From an uncultured virus (IMG/VR IMGVR_UViG_3300003478_000003) (lineage: Duplodnaviria > Heunggongvirae > Uroviricota > Caudoviricetes): DNA of 64,000 nucleotides. The position numbers and the translations under genes were made by a program. The notes beneath the pieces were generated by a model. It ran no database searches and was not told where the DNA came from. It was given only the letters and a program-made list of their open reading frames with translations. Positions 26,967-36,464 of the stretch are shown here, piece by piece. The DNA is taken from positions 1 to 64,000 of IMG/VR virus record IMGVR_UViG_3300003478_000003, one strand, 5' to 3'. Within the stretch, counting starts at the first letter, position 1, and each line of letters begins with the position of its first letter.

Positions 26967-27400
26967 TGGTATAATCTTGTAATATCTTCTTCGTCACATT
27001 TGTCACCATATTGTACTTCTACAATGCTTAATTCCTGTCTTGAGGGATTAATTAATTGATGCCAAGTATCTGCTGGTATAACTAATGTTTCAGTTTCATG
27101 TAATATAACAGTAGTGCTATTATCTTCTATTAAATCTTGCTCTAATGTTTTACTACCCCGTGGGTAATCTTCACTAAGTATCACCCTTGCTACGCCACTA
27201 TTAACGCACCAAAATTCGTTTCTATATTCATGTTTTTGAAAACTTAAACACATACTAGGACTAACTACTAGTTCTTTTACTTTAACTTCGTTGAAGTCGC
27301 CTAGAACTCTGTAATATCCCCATACGCGATGTTCCTTTTGAACTTCTTTAAGAATTTCGTGAATTTGGGTATTCGCGTTTTTTGTACTCTCTGTTGTCAT
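26963..27400 (-). CDS. cupin, mannose-6-phosphate isomerase type II C-terminal-like
   Basis: R.WGYY, VKEL.V.P...LSFQKH..RNEFW, WHQL.N, EVQYG..C.EEDI.R. Confidence 0.85.
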   Translation of the reverse strand: MTTESTKNANTQIHEILKEVQKEHRVWGYYRVLGDFNEVKVKELVVSPSMCLSFQKHEYRNEFWCVNSGVARVILSEDYPRGSKTLEQDLIEDNSTTVILHETETLVIPADTWHQLINPSRQELSIVEVQYGDKCDEEDITRLYQ

Positions 27401-27608
27401 GACGCTTGTTATCGAATCGCTTTTTATATTGGTTAAAGGGATAGCCAGGCCATTGACGTGCCTTGCCCGTATCTTTCCATCTAAGGAAATCATCATAAGG
27501 AGTTTTTCCCTTATATAGATGTGCCTCGTTAAATACCCGCCCAAACTCCCTACAAAAATTGCGGTATTCATCTAGATCTTCAAAGACCTTTATAACTGCT
27601 TCTTTCAT
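27348..27608 (-). CDS. conserved phage hypothetical protein
   Basis: VFEDLDEYRNFCREFGRVFNEAHLY. Confidence 0.65.
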   Translation of the reverse strand: MKEAVIKVFEDLDEYRNFCREFGRVFNEAHLYKGKTPYDDFLRWKDTGKARQWPGYPFNQYKKRFDNKRHDNREYKKREYPNSRNS

Positions 27609-27613
27609 TGTTA

Positions 27614-28060
27614 TTATTCTGCGGCTAAGGTTATAGGATAGACGCAATGGCAGCCGTTTTCGCCATCTTCGCCTACTTCGATCCATACTTCTCTATCTGG
27701 GTATTTGTCGTTAATAGCCATATAAAGATCATCAGCAATCATCTCACAGGACTTGTAGTCCAGTTGTAATGTGCCTGCATACAAGTTTTCCATCCAACGC
27801 TTAAACTGGATAAATTCAATATCCCTGTCATCGTGGAATACTTGTATAGTAACTCTAAAGTGGAATGTGTGGCGATGCGGATATCCAAGAAAGGATACAT
27901 CATACTCATCACCAGTTGCTAGTGCGGGGTCTTCCAAAGCGGCAGGGTATTTGTGTATGCCTTCTTTTTGGAATTTAACCCAAATCATCTTGGGCATTTG
28001 TTGGACTTTTTCTGTCCTTAATTGACGTCTATGATCGTCTATGTTGAATACTTCATTCAT
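27614..28060 (-). CDS. dpdL: QueD-like T-fold protein, DpdL-like (predicted CDG decarboxylase)
   Basis: EGIH, FLGYPHRHTF (LxxxHRHxF replacing CxxxHGH), RDIEFI, SCEMIA, EDGENG. Confidence 0.7.
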   Translation of the reverse strand: MNEVFNIDDHRRQLRTEKVQQMPKMIWVKFQKEGIHKYPAALEDPALATGDEYDVSFLGYPHRHTFHFRVTIQVFHDDRDIEFIQFKRWMENLYAGTLQLDYKSCEMIADDLYMAINDKYPDREVWIEVGEDGENGCHCVYPITLAAE

Positions 28061-28062
28061 AA

Positions 28063-28401
28063 TTAACTCACAGGTTCAGTTGATACGTGTTCTTCTTTTC
28101 CATCTACCCCTTCCCACGATTTGTGGTCGGGCATTGGGTCCTTTTGCTCTGTTATGTTGGGCCATATTCTAGAGTATTTGTCATTGAATTCTGCCCAATC
28201 TATACTGCCAGTTTGCGTGTATTCATTGTCTGGTACAATGGCTTCAATGGGACATTCAGGCTCACATATACCACAGTCAATACACTCGTCTGGATGTATA
28301 ATTAGCATGTTTTCGCCTTCGTAAAAGCAGTCCACCGGGCATACTTCTACGCAGTCCGTTAATTTACATTTAACGCAAAGTTCATTAACTATATATGTCA
28401 T
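28063..28401 (-). CDS. fdxA: 7Fe ferredoxin (FdxA type)
   Basis: [21 protein letters not shown]...[13 protein letters not shown] and WPNIT tail. Confidence 0.92.
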   Translation of the reverse strand: MTYIVNELCVKCKLTDCVEVCPVDCFYEGENMLIIHPDECIDCGICEPECPIEAIVPDNEYTQTGSIDWAEFNDKYSRIWPNITEQKDPMPDHKSWEGVDGKEEHVSTEPVS

Positions 28402-28413
28402 AACGTAATTATA

Positions 28414-28680
28414 CTATGACCACTTGATATTGTCAAGTAAAGATGAGTGTCCTTCTTTGTATTGTATCACTACATTTCCTTTGGCGTCAATACCGTCCCA
28501 AGTGAAATCTTCGCCATATATCAGACCTAATGTGCCCAGATGGTTGCATAGCATAGCAACTGCTTCAACGGTTCTGTAGCTGGCGTTTAGTGCGCCGCCT
28601 TCTACAGTTTTACCCGATGTTTCTCCTATCCATCTATCACGGACAGTAACTTTATTAATATTAAACCTTCCGATTTCCAT
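28414..28680 (-). CDS. hypothetical protein
   Basis: 88 aa, coupled to clpP. Confidence 0.6.
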   Translation of the reverse strand: MEIGRFNINKVTVRDRWIGETSGKTVEGGALNASYRTVEAVAMLCNHLGTLGLIYGEDFTWDGIDAKGNVVIQYKEGHSSLLDNIKWS

Positions 28681-29321
28681 CAGTATACTGATTTAATCTT
28701 ATCCGCAACACCATACTTTACTGCCTCGTCAGCATTAAGCCATACATCTTGTGGCGGTAACAATACTTCACGAATCTTCTTTTCAGTAAGTCCAGTACAT
28801 TTTTTATAATGTGATAACATACGTTCTGTACTCATTTCAAATTCTCGCACAACTGCGAATAATTCGTGTTCTTTACCTCTACTGCCCCAACTATATTGGT
28901 GACTTAATATGCTAGTATTTGGTGTAATTGTTCTATAGCCTTTTTGCCCTGCCATAAATGTCAGTACGCCACAAGAAGCAATCATACCTAATCCTATTGT
29001 GCGTACAGGAATAGAAGATCCCTTCATAACATCTATTAAAGCAAATGCGTGTGCAACTTCACCACCAGGACTATTAATCATTAGTGTAAGATATTTTGGT
29101 TTTAATTTTGTAGGTAATACGTTTTTCTCAAGTATAAACCTAATTGCCATACCACATGATTCTTCATTAAAGTCAGTCATAAACATATGAATGTTATTAT
29201 CATATAGTGGATCACCGCTTGGTTGCGGGCCACGTGGGCGTTGTGGTTTTGGACCTGCTTCTGTATCCTTATCCGCGGCCGCGTTCTTAACTGCTTTTGC
29301 TTTCTTTTTCTTTACTGCCAT
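28680..29321 (-). CDS. clpP: ATP-dependent Clp protease proteolytic subunit
   Basis: INSPGG, ASCG (catalytic Ser), SHQ, D.WL.A.EA..YG..D. Confidence 0.9.
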   Translation of the reverse strand: MAVKKKKAKAVKNAAADKDTEAGPKPQRPRGPQPSGDPLYDNNIHMFMTDFNEESCGMAIRFILEKNVLPTKLKPKYLTLMINSPGGEVAHAFALIDVMKGSSIPVRTIGLGMIASCGVLTFMAGQKGYRTITPNTSILSHQYSWGSRGKEHELFAVVREFEMSTERMLSHYKKCTGLTEKKIREVLLPPQDVWLNADEAVKYGVADKIKSVY

Positions 29322-29430
29322 GTTTTTGCTCCTCTATATCATTGATTCGTTTCTCTATAGGAAATCGAATTATATTATTATGTTGTTTGTTTAGTTCTAT
29401 ACGTTGCTGTATATACTCTAAAAGTGTCAT
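29287..29430 (-). CDS. 47-aa hypothetical protein (not in ORF track)
   Basis: MTLLEYIQQRIELNKQHNNIIRFP...; TAATG coupling to the dpdA stop. Confidence 0.45.
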   Translation of the reverse strand: MTLLEYIQQRIELNKQHNNIIRFPIEKRINDIEEQKHGSKEKESKSS

Positions 29431-30908
29431 TACTCAAATAAGTTATGAAATGACTCCTCTGCACTATATACTTCCTTGGCCATCACTTCATCCTTTCCCA
29501 TTGGTTCTATGCCTAATTCATCTGCATAGGCTTCAGAAGTATTTACCCCTTGGATGCGTGTAAACCATCTACTATATTTCTCTACTTCAGCAATGGCATT
29601 AGCATGATCTTTCTTAGAAAATATCTCGTGAATCACTTCTGCTATGTGAGCGCCATTTGGTGCTATTAATTGTTTAGGCATTATTCCTTGATCATAACAT
29701 TCATTTGCTCGCTGTGTTGCTAAAATATGCAAGTAAACATTGTGTCCCATTTGTAATGCATAACTAAAACTATCCCAACTTGTTCTTCCTTCCTTTCCTA
29801 TTTTATTTAAATCACCTGGGCCATACGGACACACGTCATTCATTTGTATTCTTTCGCTTATAGGACTTGGTTCCCAATCTCTGTCAGGAAATTCAATATT
29901 GTAATCAAATATTCTTGTATCTGTTGAATACTTTTTGTCATCTACTGCTTTAAGCATTCTATAAGTCCAACCCTTGCGTAAATGGTCAGTGTGTATGCTT
30001 GTATACATCGTGCCATATGCTGTTGCTAAAAACGGTGATGCACAATCATATGATAGTATAATGTCTGGGTTTATTTTATCACGTATTTCACGTTGAAATG
30101 ATGTGAGCACAATACTCCAAAGCAATTCACCTGTGCCCAAGTAATGCATCCATTCTGTCTCACCTAAAAATCCATCCTCACGCATTTTCAATAGTCTGCG
30201 TATAGCAATCTCTACATCCTTTTTATTGATAGAACTTAATGCCCATCCCTCAAAGTTTGCCTTCTCGCCTGTGCTGTATGGTTTAACGGCCTCATACCAT
30301 TCCTCACATTGCTTCCAATTGTTGCCTTGTAATACGTTTAAAAACTTTGTAGCACCTGGCTCACGTGCTTGTGCGAAGTAATCATTATTGTTTAACGTGC
30401 CTTGCAAGCATTTTTGCCAAGTATCAAGTCCGTGTAAATGTGAGTGAGTAACACTAAACGTAGGTAAGTCAAGAACCATTGAGTAATCAAATGTGCCTTC
30501 TAAAAACCGTAATACTTTTTCGCGTATTTCGTCAGTTTTCTTATCAACACCGTATGGTTCCAGCCATTCTCCCATCCACACACCCTTGGATATTTGGAAT
30601 CCACCGCTGTCACCTACTAATACAGTGTCTTGTGCTCTATTGCGGACCATGTCCTCTTTAGCAGAGAACTTATCTAAATTCATATCAGCATGACCCGCAG
30701 AATACAATGCCCAAGGATACTTAAAATATCCTTCACGCATATTAAGGAAGTTTAAGCCTTCTATACCACTAGTAAAACGAGACGGAATTCTATCTTGGGG
30801 TACAAATTCTTCGTATCGTTGTTTGCCTACATATGCGGCATAAAAACTACTAATGGCTGGTAAGTAGATGGCATAGTTTCCCTGTGTTTCTACAAGGTTT
30901 TCTCTCAT
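29430..30908 (-). CDS. dpdA: TGT-fold guanine transglycosylase, DpdA-like
   Basis: GDSGGFQ, MVLDLP, FLNVLQG, MHYLG, SYDCAS: the TGT/DpdA catalytic motif order; no canonical bacterial Tgt CxCxxC zinc site seen. Confidence 0.75.
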   Translation of the reverse strand: MRENLVETQGNYAIYLPAISSFYAAYVGKQRYEEFVPQDRIPSRFTSGIEGLNFLNMREGYFKYPWALYSAGHADMNLDKFSAKEDMVRNRAQDTVLVGDSGGFQISKGVWMGEWLEPYGVDKKTDEIREKVLRFLEGTFDYSMVLDLPTFSVTHSHLHGLDTWQKCLQGTLNNNDYFAQAREPGATKFLNVLQGNNWKQCEEWYEAVKPYSTGEKANFEGWALSSINKKDVEIAIRRLLKMREDGFLGETEWMHYLGTGELLWSIVLTSFQREIRDKINPDIILSYDCASPFLATAYGTMYTSIHTDHLRKGWTYRMLKAVDDKKYSTDTRIFDYNIEFPDRDWEPSPISERIQMNDVCPYGPGDLNKIGKEGRTSWDSFSYALQMGHNVYLHILATQRANECYDQGIMPKQLIAPNGAHIAEVIHEIFSKKDHANAIAEVEKYSRWFTRIQGVNTSEAYADELGIEPMGKDEVMAKEVYSAEESFHNLFE

Positions 30909-31636
30909 TTACTTTGTGCTGGTAATATATAATTGTATTTTGCTAAACCGCTATCTACTAGTACCCGCAATGCGCCTTTATCGCTAAATGACATTACTTT
31001 GTCGCCAGTTAAATGTAAAATCTTTAACACTTGCTGTACTGGCCACGTCCATCCTGTTTTTAATGAACTACCTATACTTGTTTCAAACACAAACTGTCCT
31101 GCGTGTGTACTATGATCACCAAACTCAAATATTAAATTCTTTTTATCAGTCTTAACTGTAAATACATCTTCCTCTGAGTTTACTTGTGCTTGATAGCCAA
31201 AACGCATAATTGCTGGAGTATTTGGCTCAAACTCAATATCCCATTCGACGCCTTTAAACTTTACGCTTTTAAGTTTGTTTTCTATAATTTCAGCGTTCAT
31301 AAATCTGTAATCGTTTTGGAAGTCACCTGCTTTGTTCTCAAAGTGAATACCTGTAGGAACCACTTCACCATTGCGTTCCTGTTGACTAAGTTCTAACTTC
31401 GCATCTTCCTTATATTCAGGAATCTTTAATAACGTGTCTAGTTTATTAAGGTTTGGCATACCAAACGTGCCTATAAACTCTGACACTGGGTCGTGTGTTT
31501 CTGCTTGTAACACGACACTCCTATCCTCAGCCATAGACTCTATTGTCGTATCCGTTGTTGTGCCGGTTACCTTAATAATTTCTAAATAGCCTAAGGCGTG
31601 TGTATGACTAATTACATCTGCTAAAATATCTTTCAT
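30905..31636 (-). CDS. probable DNA polymerase sliding clamp (gp45-like)
   Basis: 243 aa with two-domain beta/alpha pattern, C-terminal YNYILPA, near polB. Confidence 0.6.
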   Translation of the reverse strand: MKDILADVISHTHALGYLEIIKVTGTTTDTTIESMAEDRSVVLQAETHDPVSEFIGTFGMPNLNKLDTLLKIPEYKEDAKLELSQQERNGEVVPTGIHFENKAGDFQNDYRFMNAEIIENKLKSVKFKGVEWDIEFEPNTPAIMRFGYQAQVNSEEDVFTVKTDKKNLIFEFGDHSTHAGQFVFETSIGSSLKTGWTWPVQQVLKILHLTGDKVMSFSDKGALRVLVDSGLAKYNYILPAQSK

Positions 31637-31696
31637 TGATTATTCCTACGTTAAAGTTATATTATAGAAAAATAGTGATTTTCTACATTAAAGTAT

Positions 31697-31725
31697 ATTA
31701 TATTATAAAATTGATTAATTGTCAA
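31697..31725 (-). promoter_or_regulatory. consensus sigma70 promoter for the clamp-dpdA operon
   Basis: TTGACA-N17-TATAAT. Confidence 0.75.
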
Positions 31726-32636
31726 GGTATTGGCTCTTGATCATGAACTTTTAGATAACCAATACTAGGTGTGTGTTTAATTCCTTTTGCTAATTTCCCA
31801 GGTTTTCTGATTATAACCCAACTTAATCTAAATTGGTAATCTGATTCCTCAATAACGTCAAAACCATTTTTATTGGCCAATCCTTCCATTAATTCTCTAG
31901 TCATATAACAATAATGTTTGTTTTCGAACTGCTCTGCTGATTTTTCTAATAAACAATTAGCATAACTTAAAATAGCAGTTCCACCAGGCATTAATATATC
32001 AAATATTCCTACTAGATATCGGTTAATAATGTCATATGGCAGAAATTCAAGATGGTACCAGCTAAACACAAATGCAAATGCGTTTTGCGGCAAATAACTA
32101 AAATTAGCATCTTCTAATTGATACACTCTAATTCGTCGTTTATATACGTTATTAAATTGGGATCTAACATATTCAATTGGTGTTAAATCTGGTCCAATTA
32201 AGAATAACGGATCCATACCTACTAAATCCCTTGTCCAAAAACTAGACCGCGGGCCTATTTCACACCCAGGATATTGAAAATCTATATTCTTTTTAATTTT
32301 AGTCATTATTAGAGCTTTTAATTCATCACGCCAGAAATCATCAGGAATTATCTCAATATCGGTATGTTTTTTCGTTTTTTCATAATTAGCATAACTCTGT
32401 TTTAATCGTGGTGGTTGTATTTTTGTATAAAAAGTATTTTGTAATTTTAAATCAACATTTCTAATTTCAAGTTCTAAATTTTTTAATTCCTTATTAAATT
32501 TTGTTAATATGGTCTTATTATATTTTATTGTACTATTATCTATTATTTGATTTATATCATCAAAATTTTCATTAATATCTTCAGTATTAAGTTTATCTAA
32601 TAACTCACGCTCTTTAATATATTCTAATAAGTTCAT
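31722..32636 (-). CDS. class I SAM-dependent methyltransferase-like protein
   Basis: EIGP motif I, FAFVFS, LMPGG; N-terminal coiled coil. Confidence 0.6.
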   Translation of the reverse strand: MNLLEYIKERELLDKLNTEDINENFDDINQIIDNSTIKYNKTILTKFNKELKNLELEIRNVDLKLQNTFYTKIQPPRLKQSYANYEKTKKHTDIEIIPDDFWRDELKALIMTKIKKNIDFQYPGCEIGPRSSFWTRDLVGMDPLFLIGPDLTPIEYVRSQFNNVYKRRIRVYQLEDANFSYLPQNAFAFVFSWYHLEFLPYDIINRYLVGIFDILMPGGTAILSYANCLLEKSAEQFENKHYCYMTRELMEGLANKNGFDVIEESDYQFRLSWVIIRKPGKLAKGIKHTPSIGYLKVHDQEPIP

Positions 32637-35284
32637 AATTCAAATAAATCATCAAATGTACTGCGTGATGTGCCTTGTCGCAAATCCCACTTCATAACAT
32701 TTAATAGATTCCCTATTTTTTTATCGATAATTGTTTCTTCCATAGCAATATGATCAAATGGAAGTTCTTTAAACCAGTCTGGTAACCTTACTTCATCAAT
32801 TGGATAGGCTACACTGGTTATGCCCATTGGATTGCTCTTTAACTTACATACTATAGTCTTTTGGCCATCCATTATTTGCATACTATACTTGTCGCTATTC
32901 ATATCCCGCAGGTTATTCCAGTTCATTGCCGCTCTGACATGCCCTGGCATATTTGCTTTACCTTCGCGTTCTTCACGTTTAGTATACATTGTTAAATTAT
33001 TTACCCGTTTCGGAGTTCCCTTTTCCCATCCTGGTTTGTCAGCAAAGTCAAACTTAAATGCTTTAATTTTCTCTATAATCTCTGCTTCTTTTATATTTGT
33101 TAAAACATCTAGCAATAGTATATTTAGAAAGTCTTGCATAATTACTGGCGTATCTGATCTCTTTAAGTCCATGCCCATTGCTTTTACCTTGCCAGGGCCG
33201 TCTTGATCTACACGTTTACCTTCTAAATCATATATAAGAGTAGCATATCGCTTCTTAGTTATAAACAAACCACTACTTGCAACAATCTCACGCTCACACT
33301 TAATAATGTCACCTAATTCCTTTGTACAGTTAAAACTCTGTGCCATAAATGCTGGAAATGATTTATTAACTTCCTCTGCTACGTTATCATACAATTCAAT
33401 AACTGTTTCTTTATCCCACGGAATGTTGCCTGCATCTATATCCTCTTTAAGTATATCATATGTTGAGAAATAACAACTGTCTGTGTCGCCATATATAATA
33501 GCATCACCATCATGCTCATAATTGCCTGTTATAATTTTGTTTATATAACTTGCCATGTGCTTTGTGATAGTTCTGCCACATAATGTAGTGCTTTGTCCTA
33601 AACGCATGTCAAAGAATCTACAATATGGATTTAACAATGCACCATATAAACTATTTAGATTAATTTTCTTTACAAGTTGCCTTTTATCCCAAAATACAAT
33701 ATCTTTTTGTGTCTTGGCTTTGTGCAATTTTGTTTGCATTTGCTTACGTTCAGCATACCACTTTTCCAACAATCCAGGAATAATTCCTTTTCTATCATTC
33801 CTAAATAATGTGCCATTTGCACTTAATAGTAATTTGTTGCCATGCTTACCAAACACAATACCGTGTATATCTAATGCTGTTTTAACTTCTTCCTTGCCAT
33901 CTTCCCAGTCAATAGTAATTTCTGTATTTGACTCTCTGTTCATTACTGCTTCATATTCTAACGAGCCAAACTGTCCTTCCCAGCCATCTGATTGAGTTTT
34001 GCCTGATGCAATAACACTATTGATATGATTCTGCGTCATAGTAGGACGCAATTGTCCTATGATAGTTTCTGGACTCATGTTTAATGCTCGTATAGCACTT
34101 GGATACAGACTGTTTATATCCACTGAGCCAATCCAATGATGTAATCCTTTCATGGGCGTTGCTACATATGCACCAGCGGCCGTAACCGTTTTGCTGTCAT
34201 CCCTGTCAGGTTTATTAGGAACTACTAAACCTTGTGCGTGTGCTTCATTAATAATCGCTTGCTCTGTTACTGCTACTGCCCCCATTGTTGTGGGTAATAG
34301 CACAGTGTTTTGATGTGCCAGTTCGTTTGCTAGGTCAATAAATCTTAATTTCTCATCCATACGCACAATAAGCATAACATCCTGCCTGTTATACTCTATA
34401 AACTTTTCAAAGTCTGTATTGTATAATTGGTCTAACGTGCCTTCATATGGAATTTTCTTGTCTTGTAATTCATACTCCGCTACTGTGTCGAGACTATAAC
34501 TGTGCATCTCATGATATGTATATTTGCGATACAATTCTAAATAGTCTAAATGCACTCTGCCTGTCAATTTAAAACTTATTTGTTCGCCCCCGTATTTCTC
34601 ATATGAGAATTTTTTTGGGAATTGATCCCATAAACAAAAGCGCCTTGTATCATCTTTACTTAATACACGAATAACTCTATTAACGAGATATGGCAAGTCA
34701 TACCCTTCACTGTTCCAGCCAGTTATGATATCACTATCTTCTATTAAGTCTAAAAATGTTTGTAGTAGTTGTGCTTCGCTGTTATAGACAAATGTATTTT
34801 CAAAGTTCTTTACAACACCTTGTGCTATATCCTCATGCATTGTTTTTGGTTTCAATGCTAAAGTTATCAATTGTTGTAATTGACCGAGATATACTGTAAT
34901 TGCAGTTACTGATGCAGTAGGATCTTCTGGTTGACTAAATCCCTTTTCAGGATCAAAGTCGGCCTCAATGTCTACGTAGCAAATATTAAGAATAGGAGAA
35001 TCGGCGTCAAGATAATTATCAGCAAGACACCTAAAGATCGGATTAATGTCACTTTCATAAGTTTGATTCCTACTATTAATTTTGAGTTCTCTATTAAACT
35101 CTTTTTTGTTTTTAGAATAAAATCTACTAACAGGTCTGTCGTGTATAGTTTTATGCTTTCCTTTTATATCATCATAATAGAAAACATACTCTACAGGATA
35201 CTGTTTGTATTGACGCTTGCCGTTAATTCGTTCTGCAACGTTAATACATTCTTGTTCTTTATCTAAATAAGCATCAATATACAT
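32633..35284 (-). CDS. family B DNA polymerase (T4 gp43-like)
   Basis: Exo DIE, GWNSEGYD, YN.QD; Pol DINSLYPS, K...NSLYG, YGDTDS, KKRY. Confidence 0.97.
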   Translation of the reverse strand: MYIDAYLDKEQECINVAERINGKRQYKQYPVEYVFYYDDIKGKHKTIHDRPVSRFYSKNKKEFNRELKINSRNQTYESDINPIFRCLADNYLDADSPILNICYVDIEADFDPEKGFSQPEDPTASVTAITVYLGQLQQLITLALKPKTMHEDIAQGVVKNFENTFVYNSEAQLLQTFLDLIEDSDIITGWNSEGYDLPYLVNRVIRVLSKDDTRRFCLWDQFPKKFSYEKYGGEQISFKLTGRVHLDYLELYRKYTYHEMHSYSLDTVAEYELQDKKIPYEGTLDQLYNTDFEKFIEYNRQDVMLIVRMDEKLRFIDLANELAHQNTVLLPTTMGAVAVTEQAIINEAHAQGLVVPNKPDRDDSKTVTAAGAYVATPMKGLHHWIGSVDINSLYPSAIRALNMSPETIIGQLRPTMTQNHINSVIASGKTQSDGWEGQFGSLEYEAVMNRESNTEITIDWEDGKEEVKTALDIHGIVFGKHGNKLLLSANGTLFRNDRKGIIPGLLEKWYAERKQMQTKLHKAKTQKDIVFWDKRQLVKKINLNSLYGALLNPYCRFFDMRLGQSTTLCGRTITKHMASYINKIITGNYEHDGDAIIYGDTDSCYFSTYDILKEDIDAGNIPWDKETVIELYDNVAEEVNKSFPAFMAQSFNCTKELGDIIKCEREIVASSGLFITKKRYATLIYDLEGKRVDQDGPGKVKAMGMDLKRSDTPVIMQDFLNILLLDVLTNIKEAEIIEKIKAFKFDFADKPGWEKGTPKRVNNLTMYTKREEREGKANMPGHVRAAMNWNNLRDMNSDKYSMQIMDGQKTIVCKLKSNPMGITSVAYPIDEVRLPDWFKELPFDHIAMEETIIDKKIGNLLNVMKWDLRQGTSRSTFDDLFEL

Positions 35285-35290
35285 TAACTA

Positions 35291-35319
35291 ATTATAGCAG
35301 AAAAGTGTAGAAATTACAA
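35291..35319 (-). promoter_or_regulatory. sigma70 promoter giving a leaderless polB mRNA
   Basis: TTGTAA-N17-TATAAT with extended TG; ATG 6 nt downstream; no SD. Confidence 0.65.
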
Positions 35320-36402
35320 GCCTTTTACCTTACTATCTACCATTTCTTTAGCAACTTGTGTAGTTGGTTTGTCTTCTTCTTGACTGGTTTTAAGTATATC
35401 ATACGCTTTTTCATGTAGTGCTAATAATTTTGGCTTTACCATTGGATCATCCCATTCTATATCAAGTGTTGTTGTTATATCATGCGTTATATTGGATGCG
35501 GCACTAATAAAAATCACACCGCCGGCATTAGAAAGATAATCGGGAACATATAATATACCCTCTTTATGTAATATATCTCCATCATTAGTTGTGCGTAATT
35601 GATTATTTGCTCCACCACATATAGCTTTGCTTTTAAAAGTTTTAATAAAGTCTGGAGTAATTGTGCCGCCTAATGCACAAGGCATATATACATCTGTAGC
35701 AATATCGTGTATATCGTTATCAGTTTCACTCCATATTAATTCAAAATCAGAATGAGTATTTAAGTGTTGTAATGCTGTTCTTAAATTCCTAAATGCAGCT
35801 TTGCGTATGTCTGTAGCATAAACCTTAACTGGGTGTTCTGATAAGAAGTTAATTAATCTGCTACCTACTTTGCCTAACCCAACTACCGAAAATGATTTGC
35901 CAGTCCAATTAACTTTACTAGTATCGTCTAATACTCTTAATAGTCCTTTTGTAGCACAGTATAAACCATATGCTGTGGCCCATCCAGAATCTTGACCACC
36001 AAATCCCAATACATATTGTGTATGTTTGTGTATTTCATCTAAATCATTTACATTAGTTCCTACATCGCCAGCACCATAATATGTGCCTGCTGTATAGTCC
36101 AATACTTCTGCAAATGATCTCCACAAGTCAGGAGATTTTGCTGTGTTAGCGTTTATAGTAGATTTACCACCACCAAAATGTAATCCTGCTAAGGCATTTT
36201 TATAAGTCATACCTTTTGATAAACGCAATGCGTCATAACGTTGCTCTTCATAACCAGCATACTTAAGATAGCGACACCCGCCTAAAGCGGGTCCTAGTTT
36301 AGTGTTATGAATCGCTACTATAGCATCCAGGCCAGTTGTATCGTCAGTAGCACGTAATACTCGCTCGTGCGAACCAATCGGTATCTCTCTAATGTTTAAC
36401 AC
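35314..36402 (-). CDS. Leu/Phe/Val dehydrogenase (Glu/Leu/Phe/Val family)
   Basis: LGPALGGCR, LSKGMTYK, GGGKS, DVGT, GLGKVG, PCALG, GGANNQL, PDY..NAGG. Confidence 0.9.
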   Translation of the reverse strand: MLNIREIPIGSHERVLRATDDTTGLDAIVAIHNTKLGPALGGCRYLKYAGYEEQRYDALRLSKGMTYKNALAGLHFGGGKSTINANTAKSPDLWRSFAEVLDYTAGTYYGAGDVGTNVNDLDEIHKHTQYVLGFGGQDSGWATAYGLYCATKGLLRVLDDTSKVNWTGKSFSVVGLGKVGSRLINFLSEHPVKVYATDIRKAAFRNLRTALQHLNTHSDFELIWSETDNDIHDIATDVYMPCALGGTITPDFIKTFKSKAICGGANNQLRTTNDGDILHKEGILYVPDYLSNAGGVIFISAASNITHDITTTLDIEWDDPMVKPKLLALHEKAYDILKTSQEEDKPTTQVAKEMVDSKVKGL

Positions 36403-36464
36403 CTATGTCGCTCCCTAAATGTTATACTATATTTACTCTGTAGAAGAGTAGTTATAATACACTA

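Noticed and set aside
31722..32636. Methyltransferase as DpdM (dPreQ1 methyltransferase)
   Set aside because: It is a generic class I-like fold with a degenerate motif I, and no preQ1 pathway is visible; the substrate cannot be assigned from sequence.
32633..35284. Intein or intron in polB (also checked clpA and MoxR)
   Set aside because: The catalytic motifs are contiguous and the lengths ordinary; no splice-junction or homing-endonuclease signatures.
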